Below are positions 8,980-17,202 of a stretch of 64,000 nt of DNA, piece by piece. The notes under the pieces are model-generated. The model made no database searches and was not told the DNA's origin. It saw nothing but the letters and a program-made list of their open reading frames with translations. Each line of letters begins with the position of its first letter. Position 1 is the stretch's first letter. Location: NCBI GenBank assembly GCA_033762115.1, contig JANRLX010000111.1, positions 33,807 to 97,806 of the forward strand. The letters are read 5' to 3'. This DNA comes from Verrucomicrobiota bacterium (GTDB lineage: Bacteria > Verrucomicrobiota > Verrucomicrobiia > Limisphaerales > SXQI01). The position numbers and the translations under genes are program-made.

Positions 8980-10382
8980 GGGGCAAGCTGTTTTCGCCAG
9001 CGGGTAATTTGCTTCTTCACCTGTGCAGGAGCTGGTGCGCCAGTGATGTCGCGGAAGCTCATGGCTTTTTTCAGATCGAAAAGTCCGTGGACCTCCTTGT
9101 CAAAAAGTTCATGGACTGTCTTGTACTCGGCAAGGGTCAGTTCGTTGAGGGGGCGCCCGCTTTTTTCAGCAAGCGCCACCAAAGCGCCAACTGCATGGTG
9201 TGCCTGGCGAAAGGGCAAACCTTTACGCACCAGGTAATCAGCCAGATCGGTCGCCAGCAGGCCGACATCCGCGGATGCCTGGGCGCAATTTTCAGTGAGG
9301 ACGGTGGTATGACGAAGCATGGCCGCGTTCAAGCGGACTGTTGCGCGCACTGTATCCACCGTGTCGAAGAGATGTTCCTTATCCTCCTGCAGGTCGCGAT
9401 TATAGGTCATGGGCAACCCCTTCAGGAGGGTGAGCAACGCCATGAGATTCCCAACCACTCGACCGGATTTACCGCGAGTGAGTTCAGCAATGTCCGGGTT
9501 CTTTTTCTGGGGCATCAGGGAGGAACCGGTGGTATAGGAATCAGAGATGCGGATAAAAGCGAATTCGCTGCTGGACCAGAGGACCATATCCTCCGCAAGA
9601 CGTGACAGGTGCACTGCAATCAACGCGGCGAGACTGCAAAATTCCACGGCAAAATCCCGATCGCAAACGGCATCCATGGAGTTTTGGGAAACAGCGGGGT
9701 TTTCCTTGAAATCAACGAATCCGAGCAGTTCGGCAACCATTTCACGATCCAGGGGCAGGGTTGACCCGGCAATCGCGCCGCTCCCGAGAGGACAAATATT
9801 CAAACGTCCAAAGCAATCGGTCAGGCGCCCGGCATCACGTTCCAGCATTTCCACATAAGCGAGCAAATGATGCGCAAAGGAAACAGGCTGGGCTCTTTGA
9901 AGGTGGGTGTAACCGGGGATGATTACCTGCTCATTCTTCTCAGCCAGTTCGACCAATGCGCGTTGCAGGTCTCGAAGTTCTTCCAGAAGTGCGATCATTT
10001 CATCCCGGAGCCACATGCGGACATCAAGGGCAACCTGGTCATTCCGGCTTCTGCCGGTGTGAAGCTTGGCCCCGGCAGGGACACGGGCAGTCAACGCAGC
10101 CTCGATATTCATGTGGACATCTTCCAGTTCAGGCTTCCAGGTGAACTGGCCAGCCTCGATCTCTTCACCGATCTTTTCCAGGCCGCGACGAATTTCCAGA
10201 AGTTCGCTTTTAGTCAGCACCCCGATCTTTTGAAGCATGGTGGCATGGGCAATGGAACCAAGGATGTCATGCTTCCAAAGTCGCCAGTCAAACGAGATCG
10301 ATTCCGTGAAAGCGGCGACATCAGCGCCAGGGCCAGATTCAAATCGTCCGCTGCGGGAAACCGGTGTGCTCTTTTTCTTCAT
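8976..10382 (-). CDS. argH: argininosuccinate lyase
   Basis: LHTGRSRNDQ, GYTHLQRAQP, TGSSLMPQKKNPD, YNRDLQEDK. Confidence 0.97.
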   Translation of the reverse strand: MKKKSTPVSRSGRFESGPGADVAAFTESISFDWRLWKHDILGSIAHATMLQKIGVLTKSELLEIRRGLEKIGEEIEAGQFTWKPELEDVHMNIEAALTARVPAGAKLHTGRSRNDQVALDVRMWLRDEMIALLEELRDLQRALVELAEKNEQVIIPGYTHLQRAQPVSFAHHLLAYVEMLERDAGRLTDCFGRLNICPLGSGAIAGSTLPLDREMVAELLGFVDFKENPAVSQNSMDAVCDRDFAVEFCSLAALIAVHLSRLAEDMVLWSSSEFAFIRISDSYTTGSSLMPQKKNPDIAELTRGKSGRVVGNLMALLTLLKGLPMTYNRDLQEDKEHLFDTVDTVRATVRLNAAMLRHTTVLTENCAQASADVGLLATDLADYLVRKGLPFRQAHHAVGALVALAEKSGRPLNELTLAEYKTVHELFDKEVHGLFDLKKAMSFRDITGAPAPAQVKKQITRWRKQLAP

Positions 10383-10514
10383 CTGCGTGGGTCATGGTAG
10401 AGCGATGGGCGCAGGTTGCAATGCTGGGCTGAATGGTCGATGACGATTTCCGGGGCGGGTGAATGAGATAAATAACAAAGAACACTTGAACAAAAAGCGG
10501 TTCGGGCTTATATC

Positions 10515-10528
10515 TGTTTTTGTGAACA
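10515..10528 (+). promoter_or_regulatory. Verrucomicrobia-type LexA (SOS) box
   Basis: TGTTT-TTGT-GAACA, 9/10 match to TGTTC-N4-GAACA; overlaps the GTG start of a repair-type radical SAM gene; TTGAAC -35-like element at 10486. Confidence 0.65.
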
Positions 10529-11577
10529 GTATCAAGGGCCGTGGCGCCGCGGAAAATCCTGCCAATCGTTTCGAGGAGATTCATCTCCAGAGGGACATCG
10601 ACTGGAACCCGGAGGACGATGGCCCGCTGCATACCCGCATTTTTCACGACACCACGCAAAAGATCATCAATTACAATGACAGCCCTGACGTGGGATTTGA
10701 TGCGAGCGTGAATCCGTATCGCGGTTGTGAGCATGGCTGCATTTATTGCTTCGCGCGTCCCACCCATGAATATCTGGGGTTCTCATCCGGGCTGGATTTC
10801 GAAAGCAAAATCATGGTCAAGCTGGATGCGCCAACTCTGCTGCGCAAAGAGCTTTCCTCACGCTCATGGAAACCGCAGGTGATCGTGATGAGCGGGGTTA
10901 CGGATTGCTATCAGCCACTGGAACGTAAATTGCGCCTGACACGCGGCTGCCTGGAAGTCCTGGCGGAGTTTCGCAACCCGGTCTGCATCATCACCAAAAA
11001 CCATCTTGTGACTCGTGATGTGGAACTTTATGCGGAACTGGCGCAATACCAGGCCGCTGCGGTGAATATTTCCATCACGACGTTGGACCCGGAATTGACC
11101 CCGATCCTTGAGCCGCGCGCATCGCTGCCAAGAATGCGCCTGGCGGCAATCAGGGAACTGAGTGCTGCCGGGGTGCCGGTCGGCGTCATGGTCGCGCCGG
11201 TGGTCCCGGGAATCACGGATTTCGAGATGCCGCAGATCGTTGCGGCGGCGGTTGAAGCCGGGGCAAAGTTTGCCGGATATGTGCCGGTGCGTTTGCCTTA
11301 CGCGGTAAAGGATTTGTTTGATACCTGGTTGCAACGGCATTTTCCTGACCGCAGGGAAAAAGTGTTGAATGGCATTCGCGCCTTACGTGACGGAAAATTG
11401 AACGATCCCAACTTTGGATCGCGCCTGGAAGGGAGCGGACCTGCTGCGGAACGGCTTTCAAAATTATTTGAAGTGTCCTGCCGAAAGGCCGGGTTGCCCA
11501 ATGAACGATCAAGCCTTTCGACGGCGGCATTTCGGGTGCCTTCCGGCCCGCAGATGCTTTTACAATTGCAAGGTTAA
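10522..11577 (+). CDS. PA0069-family (spore photoproduct lyase-like) radical SAM protein
   Basis: KGRGA..NP.NRF N-terminus, CEHGCIYC cluster motif, TDCYQP; likely GTG start at 10522. Confidence 0.9.
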   Translation: MNSIKGRGAAENPANRFEEIHLQRDIDWNPEDDGPLHTRIFHDTTQKIINYNDSPDVGFDASVNPYRGCEHGCIYCFARPTHEYLGFSSGLDFESKIMVKLDAPTLLRKELSSRSWKPQVIVMSGVTDCYQPLERKLRLTRGCLEVLAEFRNPVCIITKNHLVTRDVELYAELAQYQAAAVNISITTLDPELTPILEPRASLPRMRLAAIRELSAAGVPVGVMVAPVVPGITDFEMPQIVAAAVEAGAKFAGYVPVRLPYAVKDLFDTWLQRHFPDRREKVLNGIRALRDGKLNDPNFGSRLEGSGPAAERLSKLFEVSCRKAGLPNERSSLSTAAFRVPSGPQMLLQLQG

Positions 11578-11591
11578 TTCAAAACCCGCTA

Positions 11592-11957
11592 TCAGCGCGG
11601 CTGTCCGATTCGGATGAGATTGCCGTCAATATCAACGACGGCGAACTCACGCATTCCCCACGGCTTATCCTCAATGGCGTCCTGGCGCGGGATTCCCTTT
11701 TTTGGTAACTGCGCGGAAGCAAAAGTGCAGTGGATGCTGTCCACGTCCAACACCCTGATGTAACAGCCTGCGCTCGATTCGGCAGGAACCAGTTCCTTAT
11801 GGGTAAAAAAGTGAATCTCAATCGTGCCGCGCGTCAGGATCAGATAATCACCAAAACCATGAATCTCTCCCTTGAAACCGAGTCGTCGATAAAATGCCAG
11901 CGTGTTCTCCAGCGAGCGACTGGGCAGAATGGGAATCGCAATGTCCTGCTGTTGCAT
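11592..11957 (-). CDS. VOC / bleomycin-resistance family protein
   Basis: AFYRRLGF and DKPWGMREFAVVDIDGNLIRIG. Confidence 0.85.
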   Translation of the reverse strand: MQQQDIAIPILPSRSLENTLAFYRRLGFKGEIHGFGDYLILTRGTIEIHFFTHKELVPAESSAGCYIRVLDVDSIHCTFASAQLPKKGIPRQDAIEDKPWGMREFAVVDIDGNLIRIGQPR

Positions 11958-12045
11958 GGTGGTGGTGCAGTCCTGTTTCGAAATCTATTTTGCGAAAACA
12001 TCCAGAAAGTGCAAATTTTTTGCCAGTGACTGAAATAGAGGAAAC

Positions 12046-13518
12046 CTATTCCCTGGGAAAACCGCCTGTATGGCAGTTATTGCAGGAGAAGTCTTCGTTG
12101 ACCGCGTCGATGTGGAAGAAGGCGTGCCCTTTGGCCTCGAGTTTCTGTAGATCGGTTTCTGCGCTGCCTTGAGCCAGAATTGTGTGGCAGGAATTACAGC
12201 TGCTCGCGGCGATCATGCGCCCATCGGTGCTCTTGTGTTGGCCATCGTGACAGCGGAAACATCCAAGCCATTCCTTGTGGCCTATGTTATCAGGATAAGC
12301 ACGCCAATCCGCTTTCATCTCAGGGAAGAAATTTTGTTTGAAAATGGACTGCGCCGCAGCGATTGCCGATTCCATGCGTGGTTCTGCTGGATACAATGTT
12401 TTCAGATGTGCTGAGATCCGCGCAACGGCTTCCTCCTCGGTTGAATACTGAGCAGTCAGCACCGCGACCACGTTTGATTTAACCCACGGGATTGTTCGGT
12501 CAATTTTCCCTGCCATGATCGCTTCATCCACTGCGTCATTTGGCGTGGAAAATTGATGTGCCGGACGGTTGTGACAATCCATGCAATCCATGGTTCGCAC
12601 CTTATGCTTTTCCGGTGCATCCACAAAACCGGGGAGGCGATACTCCCTTTGCTGTCCTTTGCTGTCGGTCACGCGCACCCAGGGAATTGTCTGACGCTGG
12701 TCATCTGTCGCAAGGTATTCCACCTTGTTCGCCAGGTTCATGTGCCAATGAATTCCTCCCACATGCTCGTTACCGCCTCCAACATTCAAGGACAAACGTA
12801 CCGCGAACGCAGTGTTCGTTTCATCCGCTAAAAAATGATAGTAGGTTCGGTCCAACTGCCCGGAATTTCTTTCAGGCCAGTGACATTGCTCACATGTCTC
12901 CTGGGCCGGACGCATGTTCGGCACAGGGGTTTTGATCGGCCGGTTGTAATCGCCTGTTAGGACACCCACCAACTGGTGTACTCCATTCAATTTGGCTTTC
13001 ACATATGCGCTGGCGCCGTGCCCCACGTGACACTCAACGCAATCCACTCTTGCGTGCGGCGAATTTTGATATGCCGTATACTCCGGCTTCATCGGTGTGT
13101 GGCAGGCCTTGCCACAAAATTGATTTGATTCCGTGTAACGATACGTTTCATAGCTACCCACCGCCGTCATCATGGCAAAGATCGCCGTGCCAAATGCAGC
13201 GCCAGCCAGAATCCTGCGATCACGCGGTCGCCGAAGATCGATCATGATGGCTGAAGGGGCTTCTGTCCCGGCCTTTTGTCGATGACGCCGATGAATCCAG
13301 ATGCCCAGGACCGCGAGCAGGAAACCGAGTAGCATGAACCCTGGTGCCACGACATACGCCAGCAATCCTATGTAGGGGTTTCCGCCGTGTGCGGTCATAT
13401 CGATCGCAAACAGCAGCAGGAAAGCCAGTAAACCTCCCGCTGCAAGGATCGTTCCTGCCAGCGTCAGCCAGTTTCGGGACAGGCCAGGAGAATGCCTGGG
13501 CTGGTTTGATTGGGACAC
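12046..13518 (-). CDS. NapC/NirT-domain membrane multihaem cytochrome c (ImcH-like, 7 haems)
   Basis: 3 N-terminal transmembrane helices; CGKACH plus CVECH, CEQCH, CMDCH, CFRCH, CNSCH, CNNCH. Confidence 0.85.
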   Translation of the reverse strand: MSQSNQPRHSPGLSRNWLTLAGTILAAGGLLAFLLLFAIDMTAHGGNPYIGLLAYVVAPGFMLLGFLLAVLGIWIHRRHRQKAGTEAPSAIMIDLRRPRDRRILAGAAFGTAIFAMMTAVGSYETYRYTESNQFCGKACHTPMKPEYTAYQNSPHARVDCVECHVGHGASAYVKAKLNGVHQLVGVLTGDYNRPIKTPVPNMRPAQETCEQCHWPERNSGQLDRTYYHFLADETNTAFAVRLSLNVGGGNEHVGGIHWHMNLANKVEYLATDDQRQTIPWVRVTDSKGQQREYRLPGFVDAPEKHKVRTMDCMDCHNRPAHQFSTPNDAVDEAIMAGKIDRTIPWVKSNVVAVLTAQYSTEEEAVARISAHLKTLYPAEPRMESAIAAAQSIFKQNFFPEMKADWRAYPDNIGHKEWLGCFRCHDGQHKSTDGRMIAASSCNSCHTILAQGSAETDLQKLEAKGHAFFHIDAVNEDFSCNNCHTGGFPRE

Positions 13519-13527
13519 GCGCAGTTC

Positions 13528-13860
13528 CTACTTTTTGAAAGCGCGCATTAACGTTACCAACTCCTTAATCTCGTCGTCAGAAAGTTTGTCTCCGAATGGT
13601 TTCATCGCTTCCTTTCCCTTGATTGTCTGACCTTCCTTGATCGATTTGAAAGCCCTTGCGTCGTCCAGTTCGGCCTGCACTTTTTCATCTGTGTAGTCCC
13701 TCGCGCCAGCCTGTTTTCCCATGCGTGTCTGCCCTTTTCCATCAGGTCCATGGCATTTTGCACAGTTTTTATCGTAGTTTGTTTTTGCGTCAGCCGCGCT
13801 GCTCGAAGCAGTTAGCAACACCATTGTGCAGATTACGGTTAGTAAGGTTTTGCTTTTCAT
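13528..13860 (-). CDS. periplasmic monohaem cytochrome c
   Basis: Signal peptide from MKSKTLL; CAKCH; distal Met in AMKPF. Confidence 0.88.
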   Translation of the reverse strand: MKSKTLLTVICTMVLLTASSSAADAKTNYDKNCAKCHGPDGKGQTRMGKQAGARDYTDEKVQAELDDARAFKSIKEGQTIKGKEAMKPFGDKLSDDEIKELVTLMRAFKK

Positions 13861-13867
13861 AAAATTC

Positions 13868-16012
13868 TCAGAAGCGGAAACGAAAAGCCGAAGACAAAAT
13901 GTGCGCTTCGTAATCATTGCGACCTCCGAAGGTCTTATCAGACAAGGTGACCCACCCGTATTTGAGGGTCCATTGCATCGCACTGCTGAATCGATGTATC
14001 AGCGTCCCGGTGATCCCATGTTCCTCCGCCGACACCAAAAAGGGCACACTGACTGCCGAATTGTCAGAGAAGTTATCCGCATAGTACGTGAAGTATTGCG
14101 CCAGCAGATCAGTCTTTTCCGTCAATGCGTACCCCGCAGTTGCGGAGGCATCGATATAATCCTGGATCGATTTTTGTACCGCATTGGCTTGTCCGGCACT
14201 CGTGCTGAATGGAGTCTGGGTACGGTCCAGAACGTAATTCACCGCAGCCTGGAGGAGCAACCGTGGCAAAGGCGTCCAGGTAATGCTCTCTCCAATGATG
14301 TGTGAAGTCATCTCTGCGCTTTCCACTTCGCTCAATCGATCCATCCGGCTGTTGATCGTTGAAATCTGGAAATCATATCGAGTCACCAGCGACAGCGATT
14401 GGATTGGTCGAAGGCTTATCCGGAAATTAATATCATCCGTGGTGAAATCCTGGTCACGAATGTAAGCGGGGTAACGATCACCACCTGTATTTAAAGTGCC
14501 GTCATTAGTGTGATCATAATCATTCCGGCGTTCCTTGTGATAGTATTGCGCGGCAAGATTCAATCCCGCTTTTGGATACCAGTTTGCGCCTGCAACATAC
14601 TTTTGAGTAAAGCGTGTTGAATCGCTATCTCGAGAGATGGAAACCACCGGAGGCACTCCGTCCTCCAGCACCATTTCCCGTTCTCGCAGATCGCCATCAC
14701 CCTGCAGCCATTCACCGCGGACATACAACACCCAGTTGGTGAGCCCCGTATAACGCGCTTCCAATCCTTCACTCACATCCACAAAGCTGCGTTCACGCGT
14801 GTTCTCGATGGCTTCAATGATCGCTGGCAAAGCCGGTGGTCCACCTACATTCGTTTCTTCAAAATCCGAAATTCCATCCTGCTCCTGTTTCTCGGCCCGG
14901 ATGGACGGCACAATGGTGAGGTTCTCCCACGGCTCAAGCATTAAGTTCAAGTTCAGCACATGCTGATCGATTTTGGACCCTCCGGAGAGATCGAAAAATC
15001 CTTCATCACGCTGCTGCCGTCGTGCAAAGAGAGGGTCATATAACGCGTCATAATCAGCACCGTAAATGCGACTGCCGCCGATATCGGTGTCCAGCTTTGT
15101 GAGAGAGTAACCAGTCGTGAACAGGATTTTTTCGGAGAACCGTGTTTCCTGAAAAGCCCGCACGTTGAACAGATCTGTCTCTACGATTTCCCGTTGGGTC
15201 AAAAAGCGGTCTTGCGCCTCGCCCGGACGTCGTCGCATGTTACGCGAGTTGTCCTGGTCGGAATGTTCATAGCGTAATCCGACTCCAAATCTGGTATCCG
15301 CGATCGTATGTTCGCCATCCAGCCTGAGAATATCCCGATCTTCGTCGAGATTATAAAAACTCGGCACTATCCCACGCGTTTGCCCGGCAGGTAAGCCAAG
15401 TCCGGTATCTCCCCAAATTGTTGAGTCCTTTTGGCCGTCTCGGGTTTGGCGCGAGTAACCAAAGCGAATAATCGGCGCGTCCGGTAAGGTCAACCCGCCT
15501 TCAAAGAACAGTTCGCTCCGGTCAACGAATAGTTCGTCATCGTACAGATCAAAAACCCGATCGTTGATCGGCAGATATCCTCCGGTACCATCATACCAGG
15601 TACGAAACTCCCGGTAACCAGCCCGTAGGTAACCATAATCCGGATGTTTATATCCCAACGTTAAGGAATAATCGTCATTGTCGAAGATTCCCCGGCCATC
15701 CACTTCCAGGAGCCCTTTAGGCCCGACATCCTGTTCGTAATGGAAATCGGTAACCCCTCCATAGACATCTTTCGGGATCTGATGTCTCTCCATGAACTGG
15801 GCTTCGTTTCCCTTGATAAAATTCCCACCAATGGAAACTTCAAGCCAGTTCCTGTAATCTGTTTCTTTTTTGGTTTCTAATTTAGGCGCTTCTGGCTCGG
15901 CTTTGACTGTCTGCTTCTCTTCACCAGCTGCCAGTGCAGCGCTGCACAGGCATGCCGCGGCGCATGCTCTCCTGAGACTGGCTTTTATCCACCGTGTTGA
16001 ACTTGTTTTCAT
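13868..16012 (-). CDS. MtrB/PioB-type large outer membrane beta-barrel (porin of a porin-cytochrome complex)
   Basis: 714 aa, signal peptide, beta-strand periodicity, C-terminal FRFRF; directly downstream of an MtrA-like cytochrome. Confidence 0.75.
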   Translation of the reverse strand: MKTSSTRWIKASLRRACAAACLCSAALAAGEEKQTVKAEPEAPKLETKKETDYRNWLEVSIGGNFIKGNEAQFMERHQIPKDVYGGVTDFHYEQDVGPKGLLEVDGRGIFDNDDYSLTLGYKHPDYGYLRAGYREFRTWYDGTGGYLPINDRVFDLYDDELFVDRSELFFEGGLTLPDAPIIRFGYSRQTRDGQKDSTIWGDTGLGLPAGQTRGIVPSFYNLDEDRDILRLDGEHTIADTRFGVGLRYEHSDQDNSRNMRRRPGEAQDRFLTQREIVETDLFNVRAFQETRFSEKILFTTGYSLTKLDTDIGGSRIYGADYDALYDPLFARRQQRDEGFFDLSGGSKIDQHVLNLNLMLEPWENLTIVPSIRAEKQEQDGISDFEETNVGGPPALPAIIEAIENTRERSFVDVSEGLEARYTGLTNWVLYVRGEWLQGDGDLREREMVLEDGVPPVVSISRDSDSTRFTQKYVAGANWYPKAGLNLAAQYYHKERRNDYDHTNDGTLNTGGDRYPAYIRDQDFTTDDINFRISLRPIQSLSLVTRYDFQISTINSRMDRLSEVESAEMTSHIIGESITWTPLPRLLLQAAVNYVLDRTQTPFSTSAGQANAVQKSIQDYIDASATAGYALTEKTDLLAQYFTYYADNFSDNSAVSVPFLVSAEEHGITGTLIHRFSSAMQWTLKYGWVTLSDKTFGGRNDYEAHILSSAFRFRF

Positions 16013-16033
16013 AGTAGTTCTCCAGCTGTGGTT

Positions 16034-16843
16034 TTAGAACCGAAGTGATGAACTGATGTGCGAACCATGCACGGCCTCATGACAACCTGCCGTCCAGCAA
16101 GTGCCCCGTGAGAGGAACTGGCTGTGATCCCGTCCTCCAATGAAAATCGTTGCGGGCGGAACCTGCTGTTGAAAATGGCATTTCAAGCAGAGGTTCTGGT
16201 TGCGTTGGGTCAATAATTTGTCATTGGTGGTCCCGTGCGGATCGTGGCAAGTGGTGCAACCCTCCCGAACCGCTTCATGCTCGAACACAAACGGTCCGCG
16301 TTGCGCAATGTGGCACTTGGCGCAGGTGTCTGAATCAGACGCCATTGTAAAAGGCCCGCCCGGTGTCGCCTGACCTTTATGCGGATCGTGACACTCGCTG
16401 CAACTCATCTTTCCATCGCCAATCGGATGGTGGTGTGGCAGTTGAAACCGGCCTTTCATCTCCAGGTGACACGAGAAACACACTTCCGGATCACGGTTCG
16501 GATTAATGATGGTGTTCCGTGCTCCTCCAGATTCGTTATGCAAGCTGCCGGGGCCGTGGCAACTCTCGCACCCCACATTCCTGGCGTGATCTCCCTTTGC
16601 CATCAGCCGCGCATGTGTAGCCGACCCGAAATGCGCACTCACCCCGCCATGGCACTCCGCGCATGTTTCCGAGCCCACGAATGTGGATCCCGGAATATCC
16701 GGTGGTACAAACAAAGTTCGCTGAACGTTTACGCAGGATATCAATGTCGCCAGAGACAAAAGCAAAAGCGCAATGGCTCCTGCTCGACGTACTGTTTTCT
16801 TCCTGCCTGAGCACAAACCGCGGGTTGGGGCTTGGTCTTTCAT
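16034..16843 (-). CDS. MtrA/DmsE-like multihaem cytochrome c lipoprotein (8 haems)
   Basis: Lipobox LISC; 7 CxxCH plus CWTAGCH; GPFVFEH..V.EGC..CH.PHG and terminal VHGSH typical of MtrA/DmsE. Confidence 0.82.
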   Translation of the reverse strand: MKDQAPTRGLCSGRKKTVRRAGAIALLLLSLATLISCVNVQRTLFVPPDIPGSTFVGSETCAECHGGVSAHFGSATHARLMAKGDHARNVGCESCHGPGSLHNESGGARNTIINPNRDPEVCFSCHLEMKGRFQLPHHHPIGDGKMSCSECHDPHKGQATPGGPFTMASDSDTCAKCHIAQRGPFVFEHEAVREGCTTCHDPHGTTNDKLLTQRNQNLCLKCHFQQQVPPATIFIGGRDHSQFLSRGTCWTAGCHEAVHGSHISSSLRF

Positions 16844-17202
16844 ATCTCCACCAGGAGCAATTCCTGATCAGTTGAATCGCAAAAACAATCGCCTGGGTAA
16901 CTCTTTTCGCGCTTAAGCCTAGGAAGGTGAAAAACTTTCCGCTAACCGTTTCTTGGCTTTTTATTCTAATGATGAAAAATTTTAAGTTTGGCCCCCAGGA
17001 ACGGTACAACCCTTTACGCAGGCCTCAGCCACAAGTTTGGAACGGCGGCAAATCCCTGCCTTTTTTTGCCTAAACAGAACCTGCGATTCGTGAAGAACAC
17101 CGCGTGCGCAGTAAGAACGCTGCCAGAAAAACAATCGCTTGGATCAGTCTTGTCATTATTCACGAACGTTGAAATGACTCCATCAGCCTTAAATCTCCCC
17201 AT

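Noticed and set aside
16844..17202. FNR/CRP box upstream of the cytochrome cluster
   Set aside because: Only poor partial matches to TTGAT-N4-ATCAA
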